63,952 nucleotides of DNA, filler included, from Octopus bimaculoides (GCF_001194135.2; 5 parts of 5 records of this genome joined end to end with filler, not necessarily neighbours in it); one strand, 5' to 3'; shown: positions 1 to 14,119, numbered from the whole stretch's first letter. The notes: generated from the sequence alone by a model not told the origin. A program made the numbers and translations.

Positions 1-1058
1 AATACACATAACAGTTTGAGAAATCAAGAATCTCTCAAACCTAATTTACACTTTGAGACAAAGGATTATCTGTTCTGTGTTTGAATGAAGAACAGCAGTG
101 GTGATGATTGTAATTATTAGAACACATCAGCACAAAATTGGAAAGTTGAATTAAGCCTGGGGATGTTTCAGTTGTCTTTTATGTAATGAAATCATTACAC
201 GCATTTCAATCAATATAATTCAATTTAATTGTAGAAGAAATATACGATGAACGAAGCTTTAAGGTCTATACTAATAGATAATTTTAATTTCGTTACCTAA
301 ATGAAGCTAACATTATACTTGTGATATAAGCTTGATACACAACACATCTGAAAGAAGGAATTCTAACACAAGTTTATTTGAATAATCAAATCATTGCGCC
401 AAAGATAAGTTTAATTTTCGTGAGGTTTGTAGATCTTATCAATAGATATATTTTTGCCGCAATATGTGAGCATGCAACTAATAGATGTATATGCTATAAA
501 CAGGAGTTTGTTAGTTGTACTCCAAAAGTTCTGAAAAGCTGTCGTGAAAGCTCTTCATGGTTATAGAATGAGACAATGGGTATTGAAGTATTTTGAATTC
601 AGATATATTTTATGAGCTGCCGGAAATTTGCTGCATCAAAACATCACTCCACGCGTACTCTTTTATAATGTTAATGTCGATCAATTGGGACATACGTATT
701 TTGACAGCCAGACGTCTATAGTTACAGAATTTCCGTACATCCTGAGTTTGTATCAGTGTAGACGGCGTTTCTATTTTCAACGGAAATATGCGAAAGATGG
801 CAATTCGTTGAAACAAAATTGAGAAAATCTGTTGCGTAGTTGGCAACATAATTAACATCAGCAAATACATGTAATAACTTGTATCATCACGATCGAGTTC
901 TATTTGTTAAATGATGGTTATATTAATAATCTTTGCATGCCGATTCGTCTTGAGGAACGCTATATAAATGACAAGTTCAGAAAGCCATTGATGATATGTG
1001 AAAGTTTCGGGTAGGCATTCCGTAGCAGTTCGGGAGTTGTATTGATCATTAATCCTCA

Positions 1059-1962
1059 TACATGGTCTGATCAATAAGTATCCGGACTGTTGCTATAGTA
1101 ATGAAGCTAAAACAGAGAGTAAGGGTGCTTGGCAAAGAATGACCTTAAAAAGAGTTGTGCAAGGGCACTAAGTTTCAGCGTCCTAGCTTACTTTCGCTGT
1201 TTACAGCATTGCTTGAAATGAAGGTGTGTAGCGTGTCGTTGTCGTATTGACAATGACAGAGAAAGTTGAGCGGAGGATCTGCATCAAATTTTTGCCACAA
1301 GCTTGGTGACATCTACTCAGAGTCCAACACTAAGTTTTCAAACAGTTTTAATCGTTCTCGACACAATCAAGGAGATTTTGTGCAAATGAAACCCGAGAGT
1401 CTTTTTGGTCATCTGAAAGCAGTTTTGACACAAACTTGGCAGACACGCGTCTCATAACCACATTTTCAGTGATAATGGACTGAACGGAACCGTAGCTAAT
1501 TTGTTTGCACATCCTCTGATAAGACACGGATGGTGATTTGACGATTTCTCCTCACATCTGCATGCACATCTGCGATGCTTTTCTCAGTTCTGCTGGTTGG
1601 GGGGGGGGGTCTCCAAAAACGTTCGTCAATACCGACATTTTTTTTCTGCCATTTTGGAAACTTCTGAACCACTCGTACACTTGTGCATGGCTCATACACT
1701 CCTCTCCATACACTTTCTGCAACTTTGCGTAGGCCTATGAGCAGGTATGACAACTTACTCTGTCATAGTCAATATGACAATCATACGCTACGCACCTTCA
1801 TTCCAAGCACTGTTGTAAATAGCAGAAGTGAGCTAGAACGTTAAAACGTAGTGGCCATACACAGCAGTGTTCAAGGTTAATCTGTGCTAAGCGGCTTGAC
1901 TCTACGTGCTTCAGCTTTGTTACTATGGAAACCGTCCTAATACTCATTGATCAGATCTCGTA
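1059..1962. mobile_element. Mariner-derived non-autonomous element made of two inward-facing 5' ends
   Basis: TA-flanked inverted ends (tacatggtctgatcaataagtatccggac and the reverse complement of the right end, tacgagatctgatcaatgagtattaggac). The + strand from ATG 1253 reads MTEKVERRICIKF/CHKLGD. The - strand reads RRNRQITIRVLSEDV...ISYGSVQSIITENVVMRRVSAKFVSKLLSDDQK, a mariner HTH region with a WVPRxL-like linker. Confidence 0.85.
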
Positions 1963-3739
1963 TCTATTCATATATATATATTAATATCGCCACATTTAGT
2001 GTCCATTGGCATCCGATCATTACCCACAGATACAGTGAGTTGATCTACATAAACAATTCATTGAGTGTTGCTGACATAATGCCAGAAAGATTAAATTGTT
2101 GCTCTTCTTTCCAAACGTAGGTTCTTTTAAGGTTTCCTTTCAAGTTGATAGCAGGTACTCTTTGTGATAACTATCACAGTTTGCTAATAACCATCCGAGA
2201 ACAGAAAGCAAAACCTGGACTCCTCTAAGGATGTTAATTTTAAATTCTAGATCTTGTAAGACATAATCAGAAGCTTCAGATGTCTGTCTATAATCTGCAG
2301 TCATCTTATATGTCTATCTCGGCCTAATACATTACTTCTGATTCTCTTGATTACTTGCCAATATTGAATTTGGAAATGCTTTTGTGGAACATTAAGTTGA
2401 GGCGCAAAATAGGGAATGGACGTTTTTGCCAGTTACATCACATTTAGTAAAGAAAACGGCAATAACGACAATAGAATACTTCACTGAGCAAAATGCTGTG
2501 CCACAATAAGTTTGATTGGTGTAGACTTGTTGCACATGTTAGAAGTCTCGAGTATACTATTCTTCTTAATACACAAATCATCAGTAAACGCTCGATTGAT
2601 AATTGCAGCTCCAGATACGTAAGCATCTGACAGTCCACAATGTTAAGTGTAACGTGTCAACTATGAGTGCTACAATTTGAAGTGGTAGGATATAGCTGTA
2701 CATGGAAAAAGCAAATTGTTGCAGTGCATGCGTTACAGGCCATTTGTCTCATAGAGGACGTGTCGAGTTTGACATTACATACCATCAATTTGGCTGGACA
2801 CGCCAGTGTTTACTTTCTCGTAGTTTACTACACAATAAGACTGAGAGCGAAAACACTCAGTTACGAAGAGACATTCATAAACACGAGGATATGTTTCTGG
2901 TACACATGTGGTCAACGACGAAACACGATCCTGCCATTTATCGCGCTCTAGTGTCCTCTTTAACAGTTAGACAAAAATACATTTAAGCGATATAAATCTA
3001 TATCTTTCTCTCGAAATGTGTATGTGTGTTTGTGTGTGTGTTCAAATATACAAGAACAAACACAAACCTAGAATCATAGGCATACATACATTTACATAAA
3101 TGTGTGCTTATGTCTCCATCAATAGTATTTGAAGATGTATATTTGCTTTTCTAAGTTGCACGATAATTTACAGGAGCAAAAGATTGTGTCATGATAAATT
3201 ATAAATGATTGTTGCAACTTGACATCATGTGAAACTCTTCTGAATATTTTTTGTGTAATTTTTATGTGGTTTAGATTACACATAATGATTTGTGGATCAT
3301 GTAACTCAATTGATAATAGCTTTTCTTAGCGTACAGAAAATCTACTTCGACAATGTGTATTTATGATGTCAACTTCGCCACACTAAGATGCTAACTTTCT
3401 TTTACGGCTGTTTATACGCTGTCGCTTCATCATTTATCATCCATTTATAACTAATGCCTTTTAACCTCGATAATCTAAGACATCGGACACTATGATTGCT
3501 CAGAAATGATACACACGACCGTTATCATTGATATGAAATAGTTCAGATCGTAAATTATCATGATGGTATAAACGCCCGATTACTACTAAACCCATTCCCA
3601 TTTCTTATATTTATATTCTATATTATCAGAATCCTTCACAGAATTGTCATTTACATTGCCTCATTTCTCTGAAATGACGCACACACGCACACACACGCAC
3701 ACACGCGCACAAACACACACACACACACACATATATATA

Positions 3740-4836
3740 CAGGGTCATCCCATAAATATTTTTTTTTTCATATTTCCGTTATCTTTCAAGATTAAGATAA
3801 ACAAAGAATTTAAATCTAGAATATACTCTCTTTAATCTTCTACAATGTTATTCCACATATATGGTAGATTTGCAAAACTCCTCTTCTATAATTCAATTGT
3901 ACGTGACAAAAATTACTTCTCCATTACTGTTCTGACCTCGTCTACAGAATTCATATTTTTTTCCGTCCAAATGATTTTGAAGACTGCAGAATAAATTATA
4001 ATCAGCTGAAGCAATGTCTAGTGAACATCTTGGGTGGGGGCATCGTTTATCATTTAAACAGCTCCAGCCTTTGGAATGTCATTCTCGCTATATGTGGCCG
4101 AACATTATCCTGATGAAAGAAAATCTTTCGTTTTGAAAATGACGATGGTCGTTTTTCTTCTAGCGCTGACTTAAGCCCTTCAATCTGCTCGGAGTAGATC
4201 TCCTTTGTTATTGTTTGGTTTGGTGTTCAAAGTTCAAATTGGACGAAACCTTTCAAATTCCACCAAAGAGGTAGCAACAGCCTACGCGGGTGAAGACCTT
4301 CTTTAACCTTGAGTACCGGTGTTTCTCCATTCCCTAACCACTGCCTTCGGCGCTTGACATTTTTATAGAGAACCGATTTCTCGTCACCAGTCATTATTCA
4401 GCTCAAAAAGGGTCCATTCACGAGTCGTGGCAACAAAGGAGAGCACACTTCAGTCTCTGCATGGGATTAGACTCGGAAAGTTTGTGAGAAATGCATTGAA
4501 CCAATTTCCTGAGTTTTCAGATGGCCCGCAGTGTCGATGAGTGGCTGAATGACCAGTTCTTAGCTTCTCAACAGTTACAATGGGATTTTGTTCCCCAAGC
4601 ATTTGCTGGACGTCCTCGCCGAGCTCTAAAGATTTTTCAAGACGAGGTTCGTCTTCGAGGCTGTAGTTTCCTATCCACGTATATTGCATTAATATTCCCG
4701 CACTTTCCTTTGCATTTTTGCCTTTAATAAACTCATAAAACACAACATACCGAATATGATCCGGTGTTTATCCCGTCCCAATCTGACTTTTATTTCATAC
4801 GATTGAGAGCACCGCATTATTTATGGGATGAGCCTA
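3740..4836 (-). mobile_element. Decayed mariner (DD34D) transposon, both TIRs present
   Basis: TIRs cagggtcatcccataaat and atttatgggatgagcct, with TA flanks. The - strand gives IMTGDEKSVLYKNVKRRRQW, GLHPRR, FHQDNVRPHIARMT and SLDIASADYNLFCSLQNHLDG, interrupted by stops and frameshifts. Confidence 0.92.
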
Positions 4837-5489
4837 TATNNNNNNNNNNNNNNNNNNNNNNNNNNNNNNNNNNNNNNNNNNNNNNNNNNNNNNNNNNNNN
4901 NNNNNNNNNNNNNNNNNNNNNNNNNNNNNNNNNNNNNNNNNNNNNNNNNNNNNNNNNNNNNNNNNNNNNNNNNNNNNNNNNNNNNNNNNNNNNNNNNNNN
5001 NNNNNNNNNNNNNNNNNNNNNNNNNNNNNNNNNNNNNNNNNNNNNNNNNNNNNNNNNNNNNNNNNNNNNNNNNNNNNNNNNNNNNNNNNNNNNNNNNNNN
5101 NNNNNNNNNNNNNNNNNNNNNNNNNNNNNNNNNNNNNNNNNNNNNNNNNNNNNNNNNNNNNNNNNNNNNNNNNNNNNNNNNNNNNNNNNNNNNNNNNNNN
5201 NNNNNNNNNNNNNNNNNNNNNNNNNNNNNNNNNNNNNNNNNNNNNNNNNNNNNNNNNNNNNNNNNNNNNNNNNNNNNNNNNNNNNNNNNNNNNNNATATA
5301 TATATAATTGTCGTTCTAATAATTACTGCTCTATTCATTACAGTGTGCTTCTCTGATATCTGTTTTATTGATTAGCTATCCACGAACCGGTTACAGAGTG
5401 TCTTATGAAATCCACTACATGGCCTGTGTTTGATATCTGTACCGATCCCTGCGCTGCTACATATTATCAATTGCTGCCCCAAGGATAAC

Positions 5490-6789
5490 ATGTAACGTTT
5501 CGATATAGGATATTCTACAAAAAATATCCCAATGACTTCCAGTGAGGACTACACAAAAATGTTACTGGAGAAAATGATAGACCTTATAAGGCGCATGATA
5601 TGGAAGGCGCTTTTCTATGATCAAAGCGTGCTTCTCTCCGAGACTAATATGTACAGTATCAAGTCTGGGAGATTCCTGCTTAGCATCAACGATGTTGAGG
5701 CCTTCGTAACGGTCCTACGGAGCATAATACCCAGGTTGAAATTCCGTAAGTTGTTTTCCCCGTTTCAAAGCATACTCGATGAAGATATGCTCTAACAGGT
5801 CCTTAATCTTCTTGGATAAGGCTAAGAGCTTATACATGCTAGATATATACACATACGATAAGCTTTTAAATGATTCTCTTACACAAAACTACAGCTACGG
5901 TGAAACCTAGACCTGCTATCCGTATTACCATCAATGTACCATCTAACAACAATATTAGCAGATTAACCAGATCTCACGCCAGTTCAATCGCCACAAGCAG
6001 AGATGATGACCAGTCTGGGACCAGCGTTACGGAGGAGGTAACCGACGATCCCAGTACCACTGCCACAGATGTTGACCCAACCATTATCATAGACAAAGAT
6101 AAAGTGACCAGCCCCGTACCATATGTTACCACCAGTACAATCGCCACACCTAGAGATGATGATAAATCCAGGACCGGTGACACACAGGAAGTATCTGATA
6201 TTTCCACTACCACAACCACAAATGATGATGAAACAATTAACATCGACATCGATGGGATCACTGGCTCTGTACCATATATTACCACCGGCCACACCCGCAC
6301 TAACGCCAGCAACTACAACGCCAGAATGACCAGAAGTGATGACAACGCGGGATCATTGCACCATGTCGACTGCGTCAGCAACAGTGTTATCATCATCAGC
6401 ATCCCCAGGCCCGGAGCCTAAAGGAGATATACCAGGAGTGCGAATTTCGCCACATCCCAAGTTTGTAAATGTATCGCATCGGCCCGTACATCTTCCAAAC
6501 GTCGCTTTCGCAAGCACCAGTCATCCTTCAGAGCCCCGGAAAGACGGTTTGGCACGTCATTAGCCTCCGCCATGTGCAGCACTTTAAAAATCAAGAGATC
6601 CCATGTGATATCAGGTAGAAAATAATAGATCATCCAGGCCCATATATTAATGGGAGTGGCCTTTGCAAAATCTGCATCGCGGAGAGAGCCGAAGTTCTTA
6701 AGGATTATTCTAAACCTGGCGCGTTAAATATTCGTAAAGAAGTTTTCTCTAAACGTGTCTACTTCAAGGGCTACTTACGAGAAAATTGA
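5490..6789 (+). mobile_element. Internally deleted Penelope-like retroelement (Naiad-type): N-terminal domain, Thr/Asp-rich linker and GIY-YIG endonuclease, no RT core
   Basis: Reads M*RFDIGYSTKNIP...LLEKMIDLIRRMIWKALFY...KFRKLFSPFQ...DKAKSLYMLD, then KCIASARTSSKRRFRKHQSSFR...TSLAS...DIR*KII...PYINGSGLCKICIAE...LNIRKEVF. These match recalled Naiad N-terminal and endonuclease patterns. Confidence 0.8.
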
Positions 6790-7741
6790 ATCTCTCCGTT
6801 TGCTGGTTAGGGTTTTCATTTCTATAAGGGTTGTTTTATCCTCTGGTTCAGTGGGGGCAACCTGTCCTCATTAACGTTTTCTTATGTTATGTCTTAAATC
6901 TCGATTTCTGAACCTTCCCTCACGTATTTATAAGTATTATATTTCTTTTTTTTCTTTTTTTTTTATAGCTAAAGCCTTGTATACTTTCATAGAAGAAATG
7001 TATTTAAGTATTTTAAAGAAAAAGAGAGAATATCTAAACCACAAATTTTACTTGTCAATGAGCAGAAAATCATGTCACAGTTAGTCTCTACAAGAGGTGT
7101 TTAACAGTCATCAATGAATTTGTAAGTTCCATTTGTCTTCAGTAAATTAAAGATAGTCTGTAATTTACACAGGATTAGGTGGGCTCACCTTGCTTCGCTA
7201 ATCCTCTTAATGCTGCATGCACTGGAAGACGGACATCTTTAACAGTGAACTACACCTAATTCGTACGACGATTTGGAATTGTAGAATGACTATGTTCACA
7301 CGCACAAAATCTTACTATTTCCCTCTATCTCTCCCTCTCTAACTCTCTTTCTCTCTATCTATCTCCCACTCTCTTTCTCTTTTTCTCTCTGTCTACCCCC
7401 TCTCTTTCTCTCTATCCGTGTCTCACTCTCTCTCGTGCACACATGTTGACTTGTGAAGCGTGAGTTTTGTTTCCCGCTAGCGAAGAAAGGAGATTTCATT
7501 AGTTTTTGCACATCTTTGTAATTTATCACAGAAACATTAACCGTATTTTGTCCATTAGAAATATCATTAACGAAATGTCTCTATAGTTTGCAAAATACTG
7601 CATATTGAAACTGGTCTAAGTTTTATAGCACAATAACATTAACAAACTAATATTTTACCCACATATTCATAACATATTCTGCTAAGTAAATTAGACAGAC
7701 CAATTCTCTTCGTATATATATTCTATATATTGATATAGTAA

Positions 7742-8010
7742 AGGCGCGAGGTCAAGTGGTTAGGCCGTTGCACTTACAATCGCTAGATCGTCGGTTCAAT
7801 TTCTTAAATGGGCGGCGCGTTGCGTTCTTCAGCAAAGCACTTAATTCCATGTTGCTCGGGGCCCTCTTCCGATCGAGGGTAGGGTTGGAATGTTGTCCTG
7901 CTCGGCTAGCTACCAGGTAGCGTAATTTGAAGGCTAAACCAATGCAAAAACGCATATTGTGACAAGCTATGTGTAACAGCATCACACAGTCTGGTCGGTC
8001 ACATGATCAA
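7742..8010 (+). mobile_element. tRNA-derived SINE
   Basis: A-box-like ggtcaagtggtta, B-box-like ggttcaattt, followed by the SINE body motif ttcagcaaagcacttaattccatgttgctc. Confidence 0.7.
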
Positions 8011-10321
8011 TCGTGTTATATTGCCATAAGCTGATAACATTCCGTGAACGAAACATGTTTCATTTTTCTGAAATGAGATTGTAACAGATTCAACAACAAA
8101 TAATCTCGACCTCTTTACTTCTGCCTATGGAAGGATGAAAGCTGTGCTACAATAACATTTCTATATTGTAGAATCATGTTAAATTGCATGATTATTCAGA
8201 ATCTGTTTTTAAATTGGATGCACGAATTTCTGTTGGGACACACTTCATATTTTGAAGCTCAGAATTCATTGATTCTAATACTTCACATTTTTAAATGCTA
8301 TCACTTCAAATATAATTTTACCTAATGCTTGTCAGATTTTATTGTAGTTTATTGAGTTTGGTAGCGTTTACGTTTATTTTGAAATAAAAAAAATCTATTT
8401 AAATATAAATGAAGCTTATTCAAGTAATCTGACTTCGAAATCTGCAATATGATGATAATCAGAAGAGAGGCCTTTATGTGCTTCCCAATTCCTAAGAGTG
8501 CAACTCAAGCAACATATATCTCTGATTGCATTATTGAACAGAATTTCATTAGATAATATAAACTTACAGGCGATTCAGTTGAATGGAAAAGCCATAAAAG
8601 ACATGCGAATGGAACCAAACAAGCTGAATAATAGAATCGATGCTCGCAGCAGAGTTAGAATTGGATACAAATAGAAAGAATTATTGGCATGTATCAAATC
8701 AAGAGCGAAACTGATAAAATTGAGAATTTCGTGGAAATATTGGCGAAATAGAATACGATGCAAACGTCGATTAGTAATAAAGGAAGAATATGGAGAACGA
8801 AAGTTACTGTCATATATTTGAATTAATGAATGTAAAGATGGTTTAAAAGCAAGCCGGCGGATATTATCAGAACAATAGTTCAAAGATAACACTGATACAT
8901 AATACATTGGCTGATCGCGGGCGAAACAACGCATTCATGATTTGTAATTTGATCTAGCCGTTTAGCAGTGTAAGTTTAGATATTACATTACGGGGGAGGT
9001 TGCAATATACATGAAGGGTGTTGTCTATTATACTTTTTCCACATATAGTATACATGTTACAGGAACATTGAAGCCGATAAGTAAAACAGGATTTCTAATA
9101 TTATTTGAAATATTCGTGCGTTATTTGAAATATACATGGGAAACGAAATTAAGTGTAATTCACTTTATTTTCTTTGAAAGTACATTAACATTTTAATAGT
9201 TATAATAACCTAATGTAATTTATCGCTTGGCAAATACGTTCGCATTAAAATGAACTATGAGAGTGTTTCTAGGAAAATATTCGCCATATTAAGTTTCTAC
9301 AGAACATACAGTTTCGGAGTCGGTAATAGAAACGCGCAGTTGCTCATTTACAAAAGACAAAATTAATAACAATGAATAAGCCTACCCACAATTCTCCATA
9401 AATGTGCTGAAAATTATTGTAATTTAGATCTAGACCACTACACGATAATTAATTTATGGACTTCGGTAGATACAATCAGTCGACCTCAACTTAAAAGCAT
9501 AAGTGTACAGTTTAACGATTTTTTCAAGCATTTGTCCCCAGAGCTACAAATATTGGCTATGATATTAGGTCAAAGTCTCAGTTTCATGTTAGATTACAAT
9601 CGTTTACATCCACGTATTAAAAACGTGGTGGTGCGATTCGTTACCTATGGAAGGATAAATAGGGAAAATTGACAGCAGTATAATTTCAACTCCGTGACGT
9701 AAATGTAGGAAGTTACAGGTCCGAATATTCGGCATTTTTCAATTACCAATAATAATAACACTCGGTAAGCAATGCAGGGCAAATATCTAACGGTAATATC
9801 CATTTGCTTATGTACTCACATTACGAGTCTAGCGATAATAGCGTACATTACGATCATATATATTTTGCTATTAATATAGTTTATGGACATTTATAAAGGA
9901 TTAAGATTTTCTCTTGATATAATAAATTAGCATCAGTAAATCAACAGAAATTTCAAGAAAAAAATGAATTATCATTATTCAATATTTTCACCTGTGCTGG
10001 TTTCGATACAGTGAGGCACATATCGTGTTTCCCTCTCATTCATGCTTTCCTGCACGTATCCCATTCCTTTCTTTTTTTCTCTTTCTTCTCTCTACTGTTC
10101 ACTGACTCACAACCCGTATCTATCTGCCATGATTTATGTCTTTCTCACTCTACATACCCACCGGGAAAATTTTTATACTAGCTAAACACATAATCTACTC
10201 CTTCAACATGAATGCAACATTCAAAATACTGCCTGGATTTACCTGGGATTATACCTAAGGACCCATACCTTCAAGGAGGTACGGGCAACCTGCATCACCT
10301 CTGGAAATAGATTAGGACTTT

Positions 10322-10794
10322 CTTCGATATAACTCGACAAACTCAACATTTGACCACATCTGAATTCGGGTATTTCCGTAAGAGTTGTGAAATGGGACGA
10401 GGAGAAGAAAGCTAATGGGTTGTGTGTGCGTGCTTGTTCTTGTCTTTGTCTATGCGTGTGCCTGTTCTGTTTTTATGTATAGATGTGTTATGGAATATAG
10501 ATATAACGAAATTATGCCAGCAATGTCTCATTTTAAACTCGAAGAAAACAAGCCTTTCATATTTGTTCTTACCTGCTTTATGTCTGCATATAAAATCCGC
10601 AAATTTCCAAGCAGAAAACAGAATCGAAGTTTACAGACACAGACAAGAAATTGAACGCACACACAGACACAGACAAGAACAAACACGCACACACAACCCA
10701 TTATGTTTCTCTCCTCCTCTCATTTGACCAACTGTCACGGAAATACCCGATGTCAAATGTTGTCAAATGTTTAGTTTGTCGAGTTATATCGAAG
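10322..10794. mobile_element. MITE-like element with about 135-bp terminal inverted repeats
   Basis: cttcgatataactcgacaaact...aatgggttgtgtgtgcgtg...ttgttcttgtct at the left recurs as its reverse complement at about 10660-10794. Confidence 0.75.
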
Positions 10795-13700
10795 GAACGC
10801 CGAGGATGAGCTGTGGACTTTAATCCACTGTCTGTATTCTTCGATATACTGTTGTATTATATTATTCAATCTAATACTTTATTCCTTTATTCCCTGCCTA
10901 GAACATTCATATATACTCATGTTTTCCATCATGACGGAATACCCAGTGTGCGGAGATGCAAAACTATAACTTGGGAAATCCCAGAAACATCTGTAAAACA
11001 TCAAATAATTAATTGATTAACTAACTAATTAATTAATTACTTCAAATTCACCTTACACTAATTAAATATTCTAAATGATTTAAGATACTCGTCCTGCCTT
11101 GGTTTTTGTTGTCCATTTTCCTCCAATATATATATATATAGATATATNNNNNNNNNNNNNNNNNNNNNNNNNATATATGTATGTGTGTGGGGGGATTTAC
11201 ACCCTGATGGAAACTGTATTAACTGCGGCCTAGATCTTGGGTATAAAAATAACGATGTGAATTCTAGTTTGCAGTATATTTCTACGAGTGTGGATGGATA
11301 TCGGTTAGCCGACGTCGCAGCCGACATCGCATGCATATTTTGAGATCCTGGTAAATTTATGCTTTGGAATACCGTCGCTGATGAGAGCAGAAGGTATTAT
11401 TTCTTTACTTATAACATGATCTTGTACGCGGTGAACCTAAAAGTTGTTGATTTATTATTTTACTTTTACTCGCCTACAACATAGTGTGTTATTTTCAGGG
11501 ATTTTAAAGTAGTAATAGGGTATTTTGCGTCTATTTTTACAGTGCATGGTGAGGCGTAAAATCAATCCCTTGTTAAAATTAGGTGTATAATTATAAAATA
11601 TTTTGTAAAATTTACCAATGAGGTTTTTATTTCCGCGCTGAGCACCTGGTAAAAATTATTAATGATTTTACCCTTTATTATAATTATATATGGAAAGAGA
11701 AATAGAGAAAGAGACAGAGAATGAGACAGAGAGACAATTATGCAGATAAGCCAGTCATATTATATTGATATTACAGTTTGAGTATGTATAAAAAATATTT
11801 ATATATGGCTCTGTTGCATCAAGCATTACTTGCTGCATAAAAAGCATGTTAGTGAGGTAAAGTAGAGATTCTGCATGATATAACATAATAAAAATAAAAA
11901 AAGTAAAGCAAGAAGTTCTAACCACCGCGGATGATGTGCAGCATCACAATGTTAGAATCTGAGTGAAATCCAGATGTTAAATTCTGAGTTAAATCCAGAT
12001 AGTCAAAGTTTTAGACAGTTAGGTGTAGAACATATTGCAGTACAATCTAGTGTGAAAATACAAACCAAATAAACGGATTGTGAGATATCAATAGATTCAG
12101 TTAGATAATGAGATAAAAGGATATAGTACATGAATAGAAAATTCTAAGTAACATAGGGAGTTGTATGGAGGTCTTAGAATAACTCGTAAATATTATTCTT
12201 ATGGAAATATGGAGAGCACTGACTATACGTAGTATATTATTAAAGTGGAAAATTGTTGCCTTCAAAAAGAAGCAGGTCAATTCTGTATAGTTAGAAGTAT
12301 GAGGGGAAACGTTCTCGAAACGCAAAATTTAGTGGATAGAAAGAGTAGGTGAATTGTACGGAAAATTAGCCTCATGTGTGCATATTGCAATGTTGCAATC
12401 TGACGTAAGGTTTCTAATCAAAAATTTTATTGACAGTGGAGTTCCTTACGTTGCAAAGTGAGCGATGTACAATGATTGGTATTATATATACAGTGTGACG
12501 ATTTGAATACATGAAAGAGTACTCTTCACTTTCATGAATATATTTCATATACTGAAGAACGCTGGATTAGTTTGTGGTTGAAAACTGGCTATAACACGTT
12601 GCTTTTCCTCTATGCGTAGATATTATAACTGACGAAATTCAATCAACTACTCTATTCCATCACTTATGCTATTTTTTCGAAATAATGCAATAAAAGGTAT
12701 TTAGAAAGAAGGTAGGCATTTTAAAAGAATGAATTAACATAAAATGGTAATAGAATTCACTACCAAAAGAATTAAATTTCTCATTGCGATTTGCGAGTCA
12801 ATGAATTCATTCAGTGGAACTTATTTAAGTGTGAATAAAATACAAAATGCGAGAAATTCTAGAATGAAAATTAAAATAAAGGAAGAGAACATCTACAACA
12901 CAATAATCGTGTCTAAATCGACAAAACTGAGCAAATGTCATTTAGCCTGCAACAAACATATCGGATCGAACTGCCCTGCAGTTATAATTACATATTCTTA
13001 TATTGTAAACAATATCATTTAGATAGATTCCTAAGAGTTCACAACTTGTAGTTTTATCAATGCCTAGGCCATTAATAATTCAACAGGTCAGATGTTGATT
13101 TATAATGTTTGGAAATATGACGGATGTATGGATTAGAATATTTAGAAGTACTTTTCTTCAATCATTCCACTCTTTTCACTTTATATAAAGCAATATCAAT
13201 CAAGTTGCCATTCAAATTCAATATAGGAATCAATACAGAAATTAAGGTATTAACTCGATACAAACACACACTGTATCAAATTAAAATCACTTCAGATTTT
13301 ACTTCTTATTCTATCATTCATCTTTTTTGTTTTGCTAAATGATGCAAGCTGTAGACTTTTATTGAATGTTAAATATTTTCCCGTTCCATTTTCATCATTC
13401 ATATTATTTATACAATGAAATATTTTAAAGACTCAATAGCTGCATCAAATTAAAATATAATATCTATATTCACAACATGACTTTTATACAGTATATTTCG
13501 ACAAGGAATAAAGACTAAATTATAGTAAAAATATTTAGAAAATGAATAAATGAATTAATAAAGCCATGTCGTAAAATTTTGTATAAAAATATTTACTGCA
13601 TTGATTTTACCATCGCATATTGTCTATATCACATTGTCTATAGATTATTCCATTACATATTGTCTACGAATATTATTGCCTAACATACTGTGGAAGTAGC

Positions 13701-14074
13701 ATTAAGAACTTAAATATGTATGACATGCTTCGGATAAGGTCCTCATGTATAAGGTCGCTACACACAACACAATCATATCTATATGTACGGGAACTATGAC
13801 TCAAAGCCTAACACTTGTTTGGGTTTTTATATAAAAACTGCACTTATGTTTTCGACGTACTAAGATCTAAATCAAGTGGGTTCTTAAGAATATAGCAAGA
13901 AAGCATTACAAAGATGAGATTAGGAATAATAGTTAAGACCTTACAAATAGTACTAACTAATGTTATCTCGGTAGCATTGATTTACATATATCGTCATCAA
14001 TTTTTGCAATTCATGATTTACCTTAATACAAAAATTACCAAAAACGATATATACATACTTAGCCGCCGTTAAAC

Positions 14075-14119
<45 letters not shown>

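Noticed and set aside
400-2990. Protein-like minus-strand readings around the mariner (for example YNHEELSRQLFRTFGVQL and KGNLKRTYVWKEEQQFNLSGIMS)
   Set aside because: Frequent stops, no recognisable family motif and no consistent splice chain; may be an old pseudogene or viral/TE relic but cannot be supported without a search.
7742-7815. tRNA gene
   Set aside because: A and B boxes are present but there is no cloverleaf and it runs into a SINE body; the same applies to other SINE heads.
8571-9640. Minus-strand splice-like signals (cct|gtaagt near 8570, ccatag| near 9635)
   Set aside because: No ATG-linked or recognisable frame; single sites are common by chance in AT-rich DNA.
12570-12600. 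CTGAAGA...GAAA hammerhead-like words
   Set aside because: Stems II and III do not pair.
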